Source: the human T2T-CHM13v2.0 reference genome, Homo sapiens
DNA length: 64,000 nucleotides
Assembly (NCBI RefSeq): GCF_009914755.1
Contig: NC_060947.1
Reading direction: 5' to 3' (one strand)
The notes below the pieces were generated by a model that ran no database searches, was not told where the DNA came from, and saw only the letters and a list, made by a program, of their open reading frames with translations. This document shows, piece after piece, positions 47,986-61,335 of the stretch. The translations under genes were made by a program, and so were the position numbers. Numbering within the stretch: position 1 is the stretch's first letter; each line of letters begins with the position of its first letter.

Positions 47986-48477
47986 GTTAGTTGTTCAACA
48001 CATATTTGTTGGATGAATGTATCTAGAAAGATTAGAAGTACTGGACTGTTTCCTTAAAAGATTATTTACCTTTGATTAAATACCAGAACAGGTAACTCTT
48101 GATTTTCTGATCCTCTCTGGTTTTTCTGACCCATGATGACTTCCATATTTTTCTTGCCTTTCTCATATTTGAGTTCCAGTGAGGCAACTTCTTTCCACAC
48201 CATTTGGAAAGCTGATGCAAGAGTCACTTATATGGATTCCTCAAGCTCTCACTTCTGCTACTTATGAAAACCTAAACCTAAGCTTCTTGCATTCACTTTT
48301 TACTACCTCAGGTTGTATCAGGGAACAGAGAGACTCAATGTGCCTGTAGAAAGGAGGTGAGAATCATGTCTTTATTTGAGCAAACAGTAATGAGACCTGG
48401 ATGCCATGCTGGCTATTGCAATCCAATCTTTAACCATATAAGTACATACGGACGAAACACTTATCTTATAAAGGACA

Positions 48478-48850
<373 letters not shown>

Positions 48851-48911
48851 TCACACTTAACATGCTCATCTAAACACATATCAGACTTTGATGTTTTCTA
48901 CTTTTGTTTAA

Positions 48912-49010
48912 ACTTTTATTTTCAATGCAGGTTTGTTATACAAATAAATTGTGTACCATAGGGATTTCATGTACATAGCACTTCATTTCCCAGGTAATAG
49001 GCACAGTAGC
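48912..49010 (-). mobile_element. L1PA 3' tip
   Basis: tgcaggtttgttatac...cccaggtaataggcacagta. Confidence 0.6.
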
Positions 49011-52000
49011 TGCATTAGTCCATTTTCACACTGCTATAAATGACTTCCCTGAGAATGGGCAGTTTATTAAGAAAAGAGGTTTAATTGACTCACAGTTCTG
49101 TATGGCTGAGAAAGCTTCCAAAAATTTACAATCACAGCAGAATGTGAAGGGGAAACAAGCACCTTCTTCACAAGGCAGCAGGAGACAGAGCAAAGGGGGA
49201 AGAGCCCTTTATAAAACCATCAGATCTCTTGAGAACTCACTATCATGAGAACAGTATGATGAAAACTGCTCCCATAATCTAATCACCTCCCACCAGCTCT
49301 CTCCCTCAATACCTGGGGATTGGAATTCCAGTTGAGATTTGGGTGGGGACACAAAGCCAAACCATATTCCACCCCTGGTCCTTCCTAAATCTCATGCTCC
49401 TTTCACATTTCAAAATCAATCATGTCTTCCTATCAGTCTCCCCAAAGTCTTAACTCATTCCAGCATTATCCCAAAAGTCCAAGGCCAAAGTCTCATCTGA
49501 GACAAGGCAAGTCCCTTCCGCCTATAAACTGTAAAATCAAAAGCAAGTTTGTTACTTCCAAGATACAATGTGGGTACAGGCATTGGATAAATATTCCCAT
49601 TTTAATTGAAAGAAATTGGCCAAAACAAAGGGGCTAAAGGCCCCATGCAATTCCAATCCAAAATCCAGTGGGGCAGTCATTGAATCCTTTTCTTCCTTCA
49701 ACTTTTATTTTATGTTCCAGGATACATGTGCAAGATGTGCAGGTTTGTTACATAGGTAAACATGTGCCATGGTAGTTTGCTTCACAGATCCACCTATCAC
49801 CTTAGTAATAAGCCCAGCATGCATTATCTATTCTTCCTGATGATCTTCCTTCCCCTACCCTCACTCCCAATAGGCCCCAGTGTGTGTTGTTCCCCCCAAT
49901 ATATCCATGTGTTCTTATCATTCAGCTCCCACTTGTAAGTGAGAATATGCAGTGTTTGGTTTTTTGTTCCTGCATTAGTTTGCAGTCAATCCATGTCCCT
50001 GCAAAGGACATAATCATGTTTCTTATTATGGCCGTATAGTATTTCATGGTGTATATGTACCACATTTTTTAAATCCAGTCTATCATTGATGGGCATTAAG
50101 GTTGATTCCATGTCTTTGCTATTGTGAATAGTGCTGCAATTGACATACACGTGCATGTATCTTTATAATAGAATGATTTATATTCCTTTGGGTATATGCC
50201 CAGTAATGGGATTCCTGGGTCAAATGGTACTTCTGCCTTTAGGTTTTTGAGGAATTGCCATACTGTCTTCTACAATGGTTGAACTAATTTACACTCTCAC
50301 CAACAGTGTAAAAATGTTCTTTTTATTCTGCATCTTTGCCAGCATCTGTAGTTTCTTGACATTTTAATCATTGCCATTCTGACTGGTATGAAATGGTATC
50401 TCACTGTGGTTTTGATTTGCATTTCTCTAATGATCAGTAATGTTGAGCTTTTTTTCATATATTTATTGGCCACACAAATGTCTTTTTTTGAGAAGTGACT
50501 GTTCATGTCTGTTCATGTCCTTTGCCCCCTTTTTAATAGGGTTACTTGTTTTTTCTTCTAAATTTGTTTCAGTTTCTTCTAGACGCTGACTATTAAACCT
50601 TTGTCAGATGGATCTATTGAAACAGAATTCTCTCATTCTGTAGGTTGTTTGTTCACTCTGATGATAATTTCTTTTTTTGGACAGAACCTCTTTAGTTTAA
50701 CTATATCCTGTTTGTCAATTTTTGCTTTTGTCACAATTGCTTTTGGCATTTACATAATGAAATCTTTGCCAGTGCCTATATCCTGAATAGTATTGCCTAG
50801 ATTTTCTTCTAGACTTTTACAGTTTTGGGTTTTACATTTAAGTCTATAATCCATCTTTCATTGATTTTTGTATATGCAGTAAGGAAGGGGTGCAGTTTCA
50901 GTTTTCTGCATAGGGCTAGTCAGTTTTTCCAGAACCATTTATTAAATAGGGAATCCTTTCCCAATCCCTTGTTTTTGTTAGGCTTATCAAAGATCAGATG
51001 ATTGTAGGTATATGATCTTATTTCTGAGTTCTGTATTCTGTTCCATTTCCATGTGTCTCTTTTTGTACCAGTACCATGACGCTCTGGTTACTGTAACCTT
51101 GTAGTATTGTTTGAAGTTGGATAGCATGATGCCTCCAGATTTATACACAAATCAATAAATGTAAATTAATTACATAAACAGAACTAAAGGCAAAAACCAC
51201 ATGATTATCTCAATAGATGCAGAAAAAGCCTTTGATAAAATTTAACATCCCTTTATGTTAAAATCTCTCAATAAACTAGGTATTGAAGGAACATATCTCA
51301 AAATAAAAAAAGCAATATATGACAAGCCCACAGCCAGTATCATACTGAATGGAAAACTCTGGAAGCATGACCCTGGAAAACTGGCCCAGGACAAGGATGC
51401 CCTCTCTCACCACTCCTATTCAACATAGTATTGGAAGTTCTGGCCAGGGCAACCAGGCAAGAGAAAGAAATAAAGGGTATTCAAATAGGAATAGAGGAAG
51501 TCAAATTATTTTTGTTTGTAAATAACATGATCCTATATCTAGAAAACCCCATCATCTCAGGCTAAAATCTTCTTAAGCTGATAAGCAACTTCAGCAAAGT
51601 CTCAGGATTCAAAATCTATGCAAAAATTGCTAACATTTCTATACACCAACAACAGGCAAGTGGAGAGACAAATCATAAATGAACTCTCAGTCACAATTGC
51701 TACAAAGAGAATAAAATGTCTAAGAACACAGCTAACAAGGGAAGTGTAGGACCTTTTCAAGGAGAACTGCAAACCACTGCTCAAGGAATTCGGAGAGAGC
51801 ACAAATAAATGGGAAAAACATTCCATGCTATGGATAGAAAGAATCAATATCATGAAAACGGCCATACTGCCCAAAGTAATTTATAGATTTAAGGCTATTT
51901 CCATTAAGCTATGATTAACATTCTCCACAGAATTTGAAGAAATCATTTTAAAAGTCATATGGAACCAAAAAAAATCCCTAATAGCCATGGCATTCATTAA

Positions 52001-52400
52001 ATATTAAAGCCCGAAAATAATATCATTTGACTCCTTGTCTCACATCAAGCACATGCTGATGCGAAGACTGGGTTCCCAAGACCTGGGCAGCTCCACCCCT
52101 GTGGCTTTGCAGGGTTCAGCCCCTGTGGCTGTTCTCATGAGCTGACATTGAGTGCCTGCGGCTTTTCCAGGTGCATGGTGCAAGCTGTTGGTAGATCTAC
52201 CATTCTGGATTCTGAAGGATAGTGCCCCTCTTCTCACAACTCCACTAGGTAGTGCCCCAGATGGGACTCTGTGTGGGACCTCTGACCTCACATTTCCTTT
52301 CTGCACTGCCCTAACAGATGTTCTCCATGAGGCCTCCACCCCTGGATCAGACCTCTGCCTAGACATCCAGGCATTTTCATACATCCTCTGAAATTTAGGT
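49011..52400 (-). mobile_element. THE1D/MSTA-type MaLR: LTR 49011-49367 plus partial internal region (interrupted by L1)
   Basis: tgcattagtccattttcacactgctataa...gggtggggacacaaagccaaaccatat, then internal tctcatctgagacaaggcaagtcccttc; resumes at 51994. Confidence 0.9.
49689..51993 (-). mobile_element. L1PA8-10-type 5'-truncated L1 with 5' inversion (49689-51142 minus, 51143-51993 plus)
   Basis: L1PA 3'UTR/ORF2 on the minus strand, then ORF2 RT region on the plus strand; TSD tcattgaatcct/tcattaaatatt. Confidence 0.92.
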
Positions 52401-52401
52401 G

Positions 52402-52909
52402 GAAAATGGGACTTTTGAGTTGATGCTGGAATTAGTTAAGACATTTTGGGATTATTGGAAATATATTGCATTTAGCTATGTGAGAAGAACATAAGATTTG
52501 GGGGGCTAGGAGTAGAGGAATATAGTTTGGATATTTTCCCCTCCAAATCTCATATCAAAATATGATCTCCAAGGTTGGAGTTGGGCTCTCATGGTAGGTG
52601 TTTGGGTCATAAGAGGATTCTTCATGAATGGCTTGATGCCCTCTCTACAGTAAGTGAGTTCATATTAGATGTGGTTGTTAAAGAGACTGGGATCACCGTA
52701 TTCTTTCTCCCTTTTATGCCATGTGGCATGCCTGCTCCCCTTTTACCTTCCACCATGAGTGTAAGCATCCTAAGGCTCTCACCAGAAGCAGATGTGATCA
52801 CTATGCTTCTTCTATAGCCTGTAGAACTGTGAGCCAAATAAACTTCTTTTCTTTATAAATTAGCTAGCCTCAGGTATTTCTTTAGAGCAATGCACAATGG
52901 ACTAACACA
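52402..52909 (+). mobile_element. MSTB-like MaLR: internal 3' tip plus LTR (~52518-52909)
   Basis: gacttttgagttgatgctggaa...gggggctaggagtagag, then tatagtttggatatt...gcaatgcacaatggactaacaca. Confidence 0.85.
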
Positions 52910-52914
52910 GAAGA

Positions 52915-53075
52915 GAATGCTGCATCTGGTTTCTCTTGGACATGGCCTTATGCCCCTTTCCTCTTTACTTATTCTGATCTGTATCCTTTTTCTGTAACAA
53001 ACAATAACAATAAGAATAACAGCTTCTAATGCAGTGATTCAGAATGTAAAAGTGGACTTGGGAACGCCCAACACA
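52915..53075 (+). mobile_element. Old ERVL LTR 3' fragment (LTR40-like)
   Basis: ttatgcccctttcctctt...tctgtatcctttt...ttgggaacgcccaacaca. Confidence 0.4.
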
Positions 53076-53079
53076 AATA

Positions 53080-53790
53080 TTTGAAAATTATAAATATTTG
53101 TGGTTAAAACAGATTGACTGAACCAGGTTTTTCACTATGGTAGAAGAAAAATACAAATATAAAATGTGTTAAATCAAGAATGAACCCTGGGGGATGGACT
53201 GGTATTAGAGGTATTAGTATAAAATATTTCTATCTGTGTATCTGTGTGTCTGTCTATTTATCTATCTATGTATCTATCTATCCATCTGAACATATTCATG
53301 AAAGTGTATGTGTACATGTACATATGTGTACATGTACATATGTGTATTAACAGGCATATATTTTCTATCCCTAGCACTGAGACAACCTAGAAGCAAAGTC
53401 ATTCCAACAGCAATGGGCACAACTAACACCTAAATTTTGATTTCTAGTACTATTCTATAAGGAACGAGGGTTCCCTGACAGAAGCATCTGATTTCTGGCC
53501 TGCTGCAGTATGGGTCCAAAATAAACTTAGAACATCTTGATAGGTTGGGAATGTGGTGCAATGAGAGAGGTTCTACCTTGAAAAATGTGTCACTGTCAAA
53601 TCTGGGCAATTTAATACCAAAGTAAGTATAGTAATAAATTATAAACCAGTGGATAAATTATAAAAACCTATGAGTTCATCCTATTAATAAATAGATACAT
53701 AAATAGAATATCAAGGAATAACCTATAAATAGAATTAGAAAATTATAATTTTGGAACTATTACAAAAGAGGGTTCATGCAAAATAGTTGC
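53080..53790 (+). mobile_element. L1MC-type 3'UTR fragment with (TCTA)n
   Basis: aaccctgggggatggactggtattagagg, gcaatgggcacaactaacacctaaattttgatttcta. Confidence 0.6.
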
Positions 53791-53814
53791 TAATTCTCAG
53801 AGAATATTTTGGGT

Positions 53815-56800
53815 TTTTAAAAATTTTTTTACTTCAATAGCTTCTGGGGTACAAATGCTTTTGGCTACAAAGATAGATTATATTGTTGTAAATTCTGAGG
53901 TTTTAATGCAACTCTCACCTAAATAGTGTTTATTATACCCAATATGTAGTCTTTTATCCCTCAAATCTCTTCCTCTCTCCCACGTCTGAGTCTCCAAAGC
54001 TCATTATATCACTGTGTTTGCCTTTGCATTCTCATAGCTTAGCTCACACTTATAAGGGAGAACATATAGTACTTGGCCTACCAAATTTCACTCAGAATAG
54101 TGGCCTCCAGCTCCATCAAAGCTGCTGCAAAAGACAATATTTTTCTTTTTATGGCTGAGTAGTATTCCATAGTGTAAATATACCCCATTTTTTTAATCCA
54201 CTAATTGGTTGATGGACACTTAGATTGGTTTTATATCTTTGCAATTGTAAATTGTGCTGCAATAAACATTCTTGTGCATGCGTCTTTTTCATATAATGAC
54301 TTATTTTCCTTTGGGTAGATACCAAGTAGTAAGAATCCTGGATTGAATGGTAGATCTACTTTTAGTTCTTTAAAGAATCTTTACACTGTTTTCGATAGTT
54401 TGTACTAATGTACATTCCCACCAGCAGTTTAGAAGAATACCCCTTTCACCACATCTATGCCAACATCTTTTTTTCTTTCGACTTTTTAATAATGATCATT
54501 CTTACAGGAATATGGTGGTATTTTATTGTGGTTTTAATTTGCATTTCCCTGATAATTAATGATGCTGAGCATTTTTTATATGTTTGTTTTCCACTTGGTT
54601 ATCTTTTGAGAAATGTTTATTCATGTTGTGAAAGGAAAATAAATCTTGGGACCCCAAATTACTACACTAAAGGGAAAAGTCAAGCTGGTAGCTGCTTAAA
54701 GAAAACCTGATTCCCATTCTATTCAAAGTCATCCCTCTGCTCACTGAGATAAATGCATTATCTGATTGCCTTCTTTGGAAAGGCTAAACAAAAACTCAAA
54801 AAAAAAAAAATGCAACCACTTGTTTCTCACCTACTAATGACCTGGAAATCTCCTTCATGCTTTGAGTTGTCTCTCCTGAACCAACATACAACTTACACAT
54901 ATTGATTGATGTCTCACCAAAAATGTATAAAACCCATCCGTGCCCTGATCACCTTGGGCAATTCTCATCACAACCTCCTGAGGCTGCATCATGGGCATGC
55001 ATCCTTAATTTTGGCAAAATAAACTTTCTAAGTTGACTGAGACCTGTCTCACATATTTTCAGTTTGTATTTGGTGACCAACGGAAGGAACTCTGAGTGGA
55101 GGTGGTCCTGACCTTTGACAAATCTCTTATGGGGGCTTGGTACCAGCTTGAGCTATCTTTATGGCTCAAACCTATAAGACAATTTGCTGAGGCTTGGAAG
55201 CTACCCTCCCTCCAGAGGACCTCTAGTCTCCCAAAATTTGCTTGAAATCGACAGTTTATTTTGCTGTATAACTCCTTCTCTGGAGTTTTACTTGCTTCCA
55301 ACAATGAAGGCAAGATTTCCTGCTTCCATGAGGATGCAAAGCAGATAACTCTTTTCTGGAGTTTGAGCTCACTTCTAAAAGGGAAGGCAAGTTGGAGGTT
55401 ATTTTTTCTGCTTCTAGGATGGTAGAGAGCAGTCCTCAGCCTGAGACGCATCCCCATGTAAGTAGCTTAGTTGGGGTTTGGTCTCAGCTAAAGTTAAGAT
55501 TAACAACCAGCTGGTCTTAATTTCTCATTACCATTACAGTGCTCAATCATTTCTTTGTTTTGCTTAACTGCTTTTTTTGTTGTTGTTGCTGTTACCTGTT
55601 TGTTTCTGTTTTGGTTGTTGTTTTCAGTCTTTTTCCCATTGGGTTTTACCAGCTCTATCTGACTTCATCAAATCTGAAGGAAAGTTCCAAATTATTGGGA
55701 AGAAGACATCTGAAGTGGCTAAATTTCTGCCAAAAAAAAAAAAAAAAAAAGTGGGGTGTGGAGGAAAACGGCCAGCAAAAGAAATAAGGGAAGATTTACA
55801 TTATGACTACTTAAGGGGCTTTATTTACATAACAAGGCCACCTTTTTGCTAGCCAAGCCAAACTGAAAGAGCAATGGCTGTTGCCCCATGCTGCAGTTCC
55901 ATAGCTAAGGTTCTGGTTGCCCTTTTTTTTTTTTTTTTGTCCACCAGGACAGCCTGTCTTGGTTCCTAAATCAAGCCCTTTCTAGTTTGATACTCGTTAC
56001 TTTTAAAATATTAGCAATTTGTTCTAGCTAAAATATAGCAAATAGATTTAAAAAGATTTTTTAAAGGAACGCAATGGTTAAAAGCCAGCTTAAAGTTAAC
56101 ATCCAAGATGTGTGTGTGTATGGGTGCATATGTGTGTTTGTATTAAAAGGTCTTCATTTTTTTTTCTTTTTCTCTCCTTGGACCTTGTCTTTTTTTTTTT
56201 TTTGGAACAAAAGTTTTTTTCTTCTCAGCTGACTGAATTATGTTTCTCCATTTACTTCTGCTGTCTCTCCTTTCTCTTGCCACCCTCTGCTGCATGAGAG
56301 ACCTAAAATAGTTTATAATAGCCTGAAATTTCTTAAAGAAAAAAAAAGTGGGGGGAGATTGTGCCAGACTCCCTTCTGGGGCGTAACCTCTGTTTTTCTT
56401 TATGGTACTCCAAGGGTGTAAACAGACAAGTTTGGCTCAGATATTAAACTGCTTGTGTTAGCTGATTTTTGACTAAAATAGTTATTACAACAGAAGCTAT
56501 TCTTGAGTTTTTAAAGAAGAGTGTAGTTTAGACACTTAAAAGTTTTTCTTTAAAATAATTTTTTTCAGTGCACTGTAAAAGCAACATGTGGTCTAGCCTC
56601 ATAATAATTCTCCCTTTTTGGAGCCCCGGGATTCAATGTGGGCTCTGCCTAGAGCTTAGGGATCCAATGAAAAGATAGATAGTCCCTATCTAAAAACAAA
56701 TGGGTCTCCTTATACAATCCTATATTTCTATAATTTCATGTTTGATTTGGCATCTATCTTTAATCTTTCTCTAGCACCACAAGACTCTCTCTGTACTTTG

Positions 56801-59352
56801 AGATGTAAATTTTGCTATCTGATTTTTCACCAAAGAGTTCCTTTAATATGCACATTTAGGGCTATCTAGCTGACAATTGCCTAGGGCAATAAAATAGGTT
56901 ATCAAAAAATTGGAAATCTAAAATAGGAGAAAAAATAGAGGTCTAAATTTATAAGATCTACTTCTATCTACATGTCTAATACGTCTGTGCATTTATGTGT
57001 CATGTATATGATGTTTCATACTAAAAATGTATAAAGAAGTTCTAATTAATTTGCTTACAAAAGCTTAAATCAAATACTTTATCAGAAAAATAGAGGCTTT
57101 GAGCCTAATGCTTTTTAAAGTTCACATGACTTAAGTAAATCTTTATTAAATAAGCTGGTTTTTAGAATTTTTAATGAAATAGAATTAGAAATGGCTTCAG
57201 AATTGTCAATGCACATTATTTATCTCTGCTATATATCAAAATTTGTCATGAGGTTTATAAAGCTATAAATGCAGCTCAAAAGAAAATTATACTTGTTTAT
57301 GTAAAATTTAATAAATAAGATAGTTAATACTGTTTGGTTAATGAAAATAGCTAAATCCGGAGTTAATGGCAAAAAAAAATTATCTAAACTTAAATTTATT
57401 ACTGAGGAAAACCTGAAATTCACAGGTTATAAACATAGACAACAAGGAAATAACTTTAAATAATTATCCCAGTTTTCATAAGTAATCTGGGTAAACTATT
57501 TTTAAAAACTAATTAATTAGGTAAATGTAATGGAATAAATGCTTTTAGATAATCTTGTCTTATAATTTAAAATCTAAAGTTATATTAAGATAAATAATAG
57601 ATATTCATTCAATGTCTAGGCCATTTGTATTTTTATGTAACAGAACACAGTTGGAGAAACTGGTTATTTTACCAAGGTTTTGACTGGAATAGAGTGCTTT
57701 CTTCTAAGGAATCAAACTTGACTTATAGAGCCAATAAAAGCCCCTTGAGAAATCTGGCCTTATACCTTGTCTACACAGTCCCTGTACAGGGCTCCTTACC
57801 TGTACTAAGTAAAGAATGTCACTTTCTGACAGGCCTGGGAGCTCCAGATTATCTTGGGATCTCAAGAACAGAGGAATTTACCCGACTCATAGGTATTTGA
57901 TGTTACAAAGCCATGGCTTGGCTCGACTTTAAAAAAGTTTTATCTGAGATTTCTTCTATGGAACGAAGTTTCATCAAAGCCAATTTTTAAAAAGCCCATT
58001 TAAAAAATAATTGTTCTTCCTGCACTTTTCTATAATCAGGCCAAGTATAATAAAGCAAGTAAAATAAAATTGAAAAATGGGAAACTGAAGAGAGAAAAAT
58101 TATGTTTCAAAAACTATAGCAAACTTGTTAGATTCTAGTCTTGCCTAATGTTTTTACATTTTTATTATTTTGTAGTTTGGACTGAATTCTAATTTTTCCT
58201 GGCTATAAGTCTCCAAAATAACATTTTTATATTTTTTCCTTCTTTCTTTTCTTTTCCCTCAATTTTTTTCTAATTTGAAATCATTGAATATTAAGCTGTG
58301 CTTTCTTAAATCCCTGCAAACAGAAGCCATACAACTTAAACTACAGAAGAAAATAACAGCAACCTATTTACATGTATAAGCCACTTTTATACCTACCTAC
58401 TAATGTATGGCAGAGTAATATGGCCTATATCAACTTTCCAGGATTTCTATTTTTTGTTCATTTTTTTTTCTCTCTTTCTCCCTCTATTATCTCTTCCTAG
58501 AACATTGGACTTCACAACCTGCTAAAAGTGAGTTTGTCTAATAACATGGGACCTACCCATCTAGAAATAAACCACCCTGGCCATGAGAAATAAGAGGAAA
58601 CCTGAGACCAGAGACAAAAAAAAAAAAAAAAAAGATTTCTCTGAAAGGTTTTATAAAGGGGAGAAATATAAAAGGAAAATGAATCTTGGGCCTCAAAATA
58701 ACTACACTAAAGGGAAAAGTCAGACTGGAAACTGCTTAGGGCAAATCTGACTCCCATTCTATACAAAGTCACCCCTCTGCTCACTGAGATAAATGCATAT
58801 CTGATTGCCTCCTTTGGAAAGGCTAATCAGGAAATCAAAGAAATGCAACTGTTTGTCCTTCACCCACTTATGACCTGGAAACCCCAACCCTGCTTTGAGT
58901 TGTTCCACCTTTCTGGGCTGAACCAATGTGCAACTTATATATGTTGATTGATGTCTTATGTCTCCCTAAAAATGTATAAAACCAAGTTGTGCTCTTATCA
59001 CCTTGGGCACATGTCACTGGGACCTCCTGAGGCTGTGTCATGGGCACATGTCCTTAACTTTGGCAAAAGAAACTTTCCAAATTGACTGAGACCTGTCTCA
59101 GATATTTTGAGTTCACAATGTCAATTGCCAACTTTTTAACGGGATTATTTTTTTTTTTCTTGCTAATTTGTTAAAGTTTCTTGTAGATTCTGGACACTAG
59201 TTCTTTGTTTACCATATAGTTTGCAAATATTTTCTCCCATTCTGTGTGTTGTCTGTTTTTTTCTGATGATAATTTCTTTGGCTTTGCAGAAGCTTTTTAA
59301 TTAAATTTGGTCCCATGTATTTATTTTTGTTTTTGTTGCATTTGCTTTCAGG
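53815..59352 (-). mobile_element. L1PB-type 3' end (53815-54626 and 59118-59352), split by the MER4 provirus
   Basis: ttcaatagcttctggggtacaaatg 3'UTR; L1 sequence ...ttcatgt resumes as atgtcaattgcc after the provirus. Confidence 0.88.
54627..59117 (+). mobile_element. MER4A/MER4-int non-autonomous provirus: 5'LTR 54627-55068, internal region, 3'LTR 58667-59117
   Basis: Two homologous LTRs; PBS-like tggtgaccaacggaagga at 55071; PPT aaaggggagaaa 58655-58666; perfect TSD ATGT; no gag/pol/env ORF. Confidence 0.95.
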
Positions 59353-59840
59353 GGCTGATATGGTTTGAGTCTGTGTTCCCACCAAATCTCATGTCAAATT
59401 GTAATTTCCAGTGTTGGAGGCACGAATGGATTAACATCTCCCTTTCAGTGCTACTCTTGTGATAGTGAGTGAGTGTTGAGTGAGTGAGTGAGTGAGTGAG
59501 TGACTTATTGGACGATCTGGTAATTTAAAATCATGTAGTCCCTCCTCCCTCCCTCTCTTTCTCCTGCTTCAGCCATGAGAAGTGCTGGCTTCCCCTTCAC
59601 TTGTCACCATGATTGTAAGTTCCCTGAGGCTTTCCTAGAAGATTATGCTGCCATGATTTTATACAGCTTGCAGAACCATGAGTCAATTAAACCTCTTTTC
59701 TTTATAAATTACCCAGTCTCAGGTATTTCTTTATGGCAATGCAAGATTGAACTAATAAAGGAAATTGGTACCAAGGAGTGTGGCATTGCTATCAAGATAC
59801 GTGAAAACGCAGAAGCAATGTTGGAATTATGTAACAGTCA

Positions 59841-60154
<314 letters not shown>

Positions 60155-61335
60155 TTAGAAGAAGACAGGAAAATGAGGGAAAATTTGGAACTTCCTAGAG
60201 ACTGCTTAAACTGGGATCAAAATGCTGATGGTAATATGGACCGTGAAAGCCAGGCTAAGGAGGTCTCAGATGAAGATGAGGAACTTTTTGAGAACTGGAG
60301 CTAAGGTCACTTTTGTTATGCCTTAGCAAAGAAGTTGAAGGAATTTTGCCCCTGCCCTAGGATTTTGAGAAACTTTGAACTTGAGAGAGTTGAGATAGAT
60401 GATTTAGTGTATTGGGTGGAAGAAATTTCTGAGCAGCAGAGTGTCCAAAATGTGACCTGGCTGCTTCTAACCACCTAAGTTTATACATGTGAACAGACAA
60501 ATGGCCTGAGACTGGAACTTACATTTAAAAGGGAAGCAGAGGATAAAAGTTTGGAAAATTTGCAGCTCACTTAGGTGATAGAAAAGAAAAGCCAATTTTC
60601 AGGGGAGTAATTCAAGCAGGCTGTAGAAATCAGCATAACTAAAAGGAAGGCAAGCGGTTATATCTAAGACAATGGGGAAAAGGCCAACAAAGCATTTCAG
60701 ATTCCTTCATTGCAGCCCCTTTAATTACATGCCCTGAGACTTAGGAGGGAATAATGATTTCCGGGGCTGGTCCCAGGGCCCCATTGCCCTATGCAGCCTC
60801 AAGACACTGTTCCCTGCATGCTAGTTACTTCAGTTCCAGCCATCCAGCCATAGCTCAAAGGGGTTCAGGTAAAACTCAGGGTGCTGCTTCAGAGGGTGCA
60901 AGCCATAAGCCTTGGCAGCTTTCATGTGGTGTTGAAGCCTGTGGGTGCACAGAGTGCAAGAGTTGAGTTCACCTAGATTTCAGAAGATGTATGGAAAAGC
61001 CTGAATGTCTAGGCAGAAGCCTGCTGCAGTGGCAGAGCCTTTATGGGCAACCTCTAATAAAGAAGCATTAAGGGGAAATGTAGGGTTGTATCCCCTACAT
61101 GGAGTCCCCACTGAGGCATTGCCTAGCAGAGATGTAAAAAGAGGACCAGCATCCTCCAGATCCCAGAATGGTTGATATGCTGGCAGCTTGCACTGTGCTT
61201 CTGGAAAAGCTGCAGAGCCTATAAGAAGCAGCTGTGGGGGCTGAACCTGGAAATTCACAAGTGTGGGGCTGTCCAAGGCCTTGGGAGCACACCCTTTGCA
61301 CCAGTATGCCCTGTATGTGAGACATGGAGTCAAAG

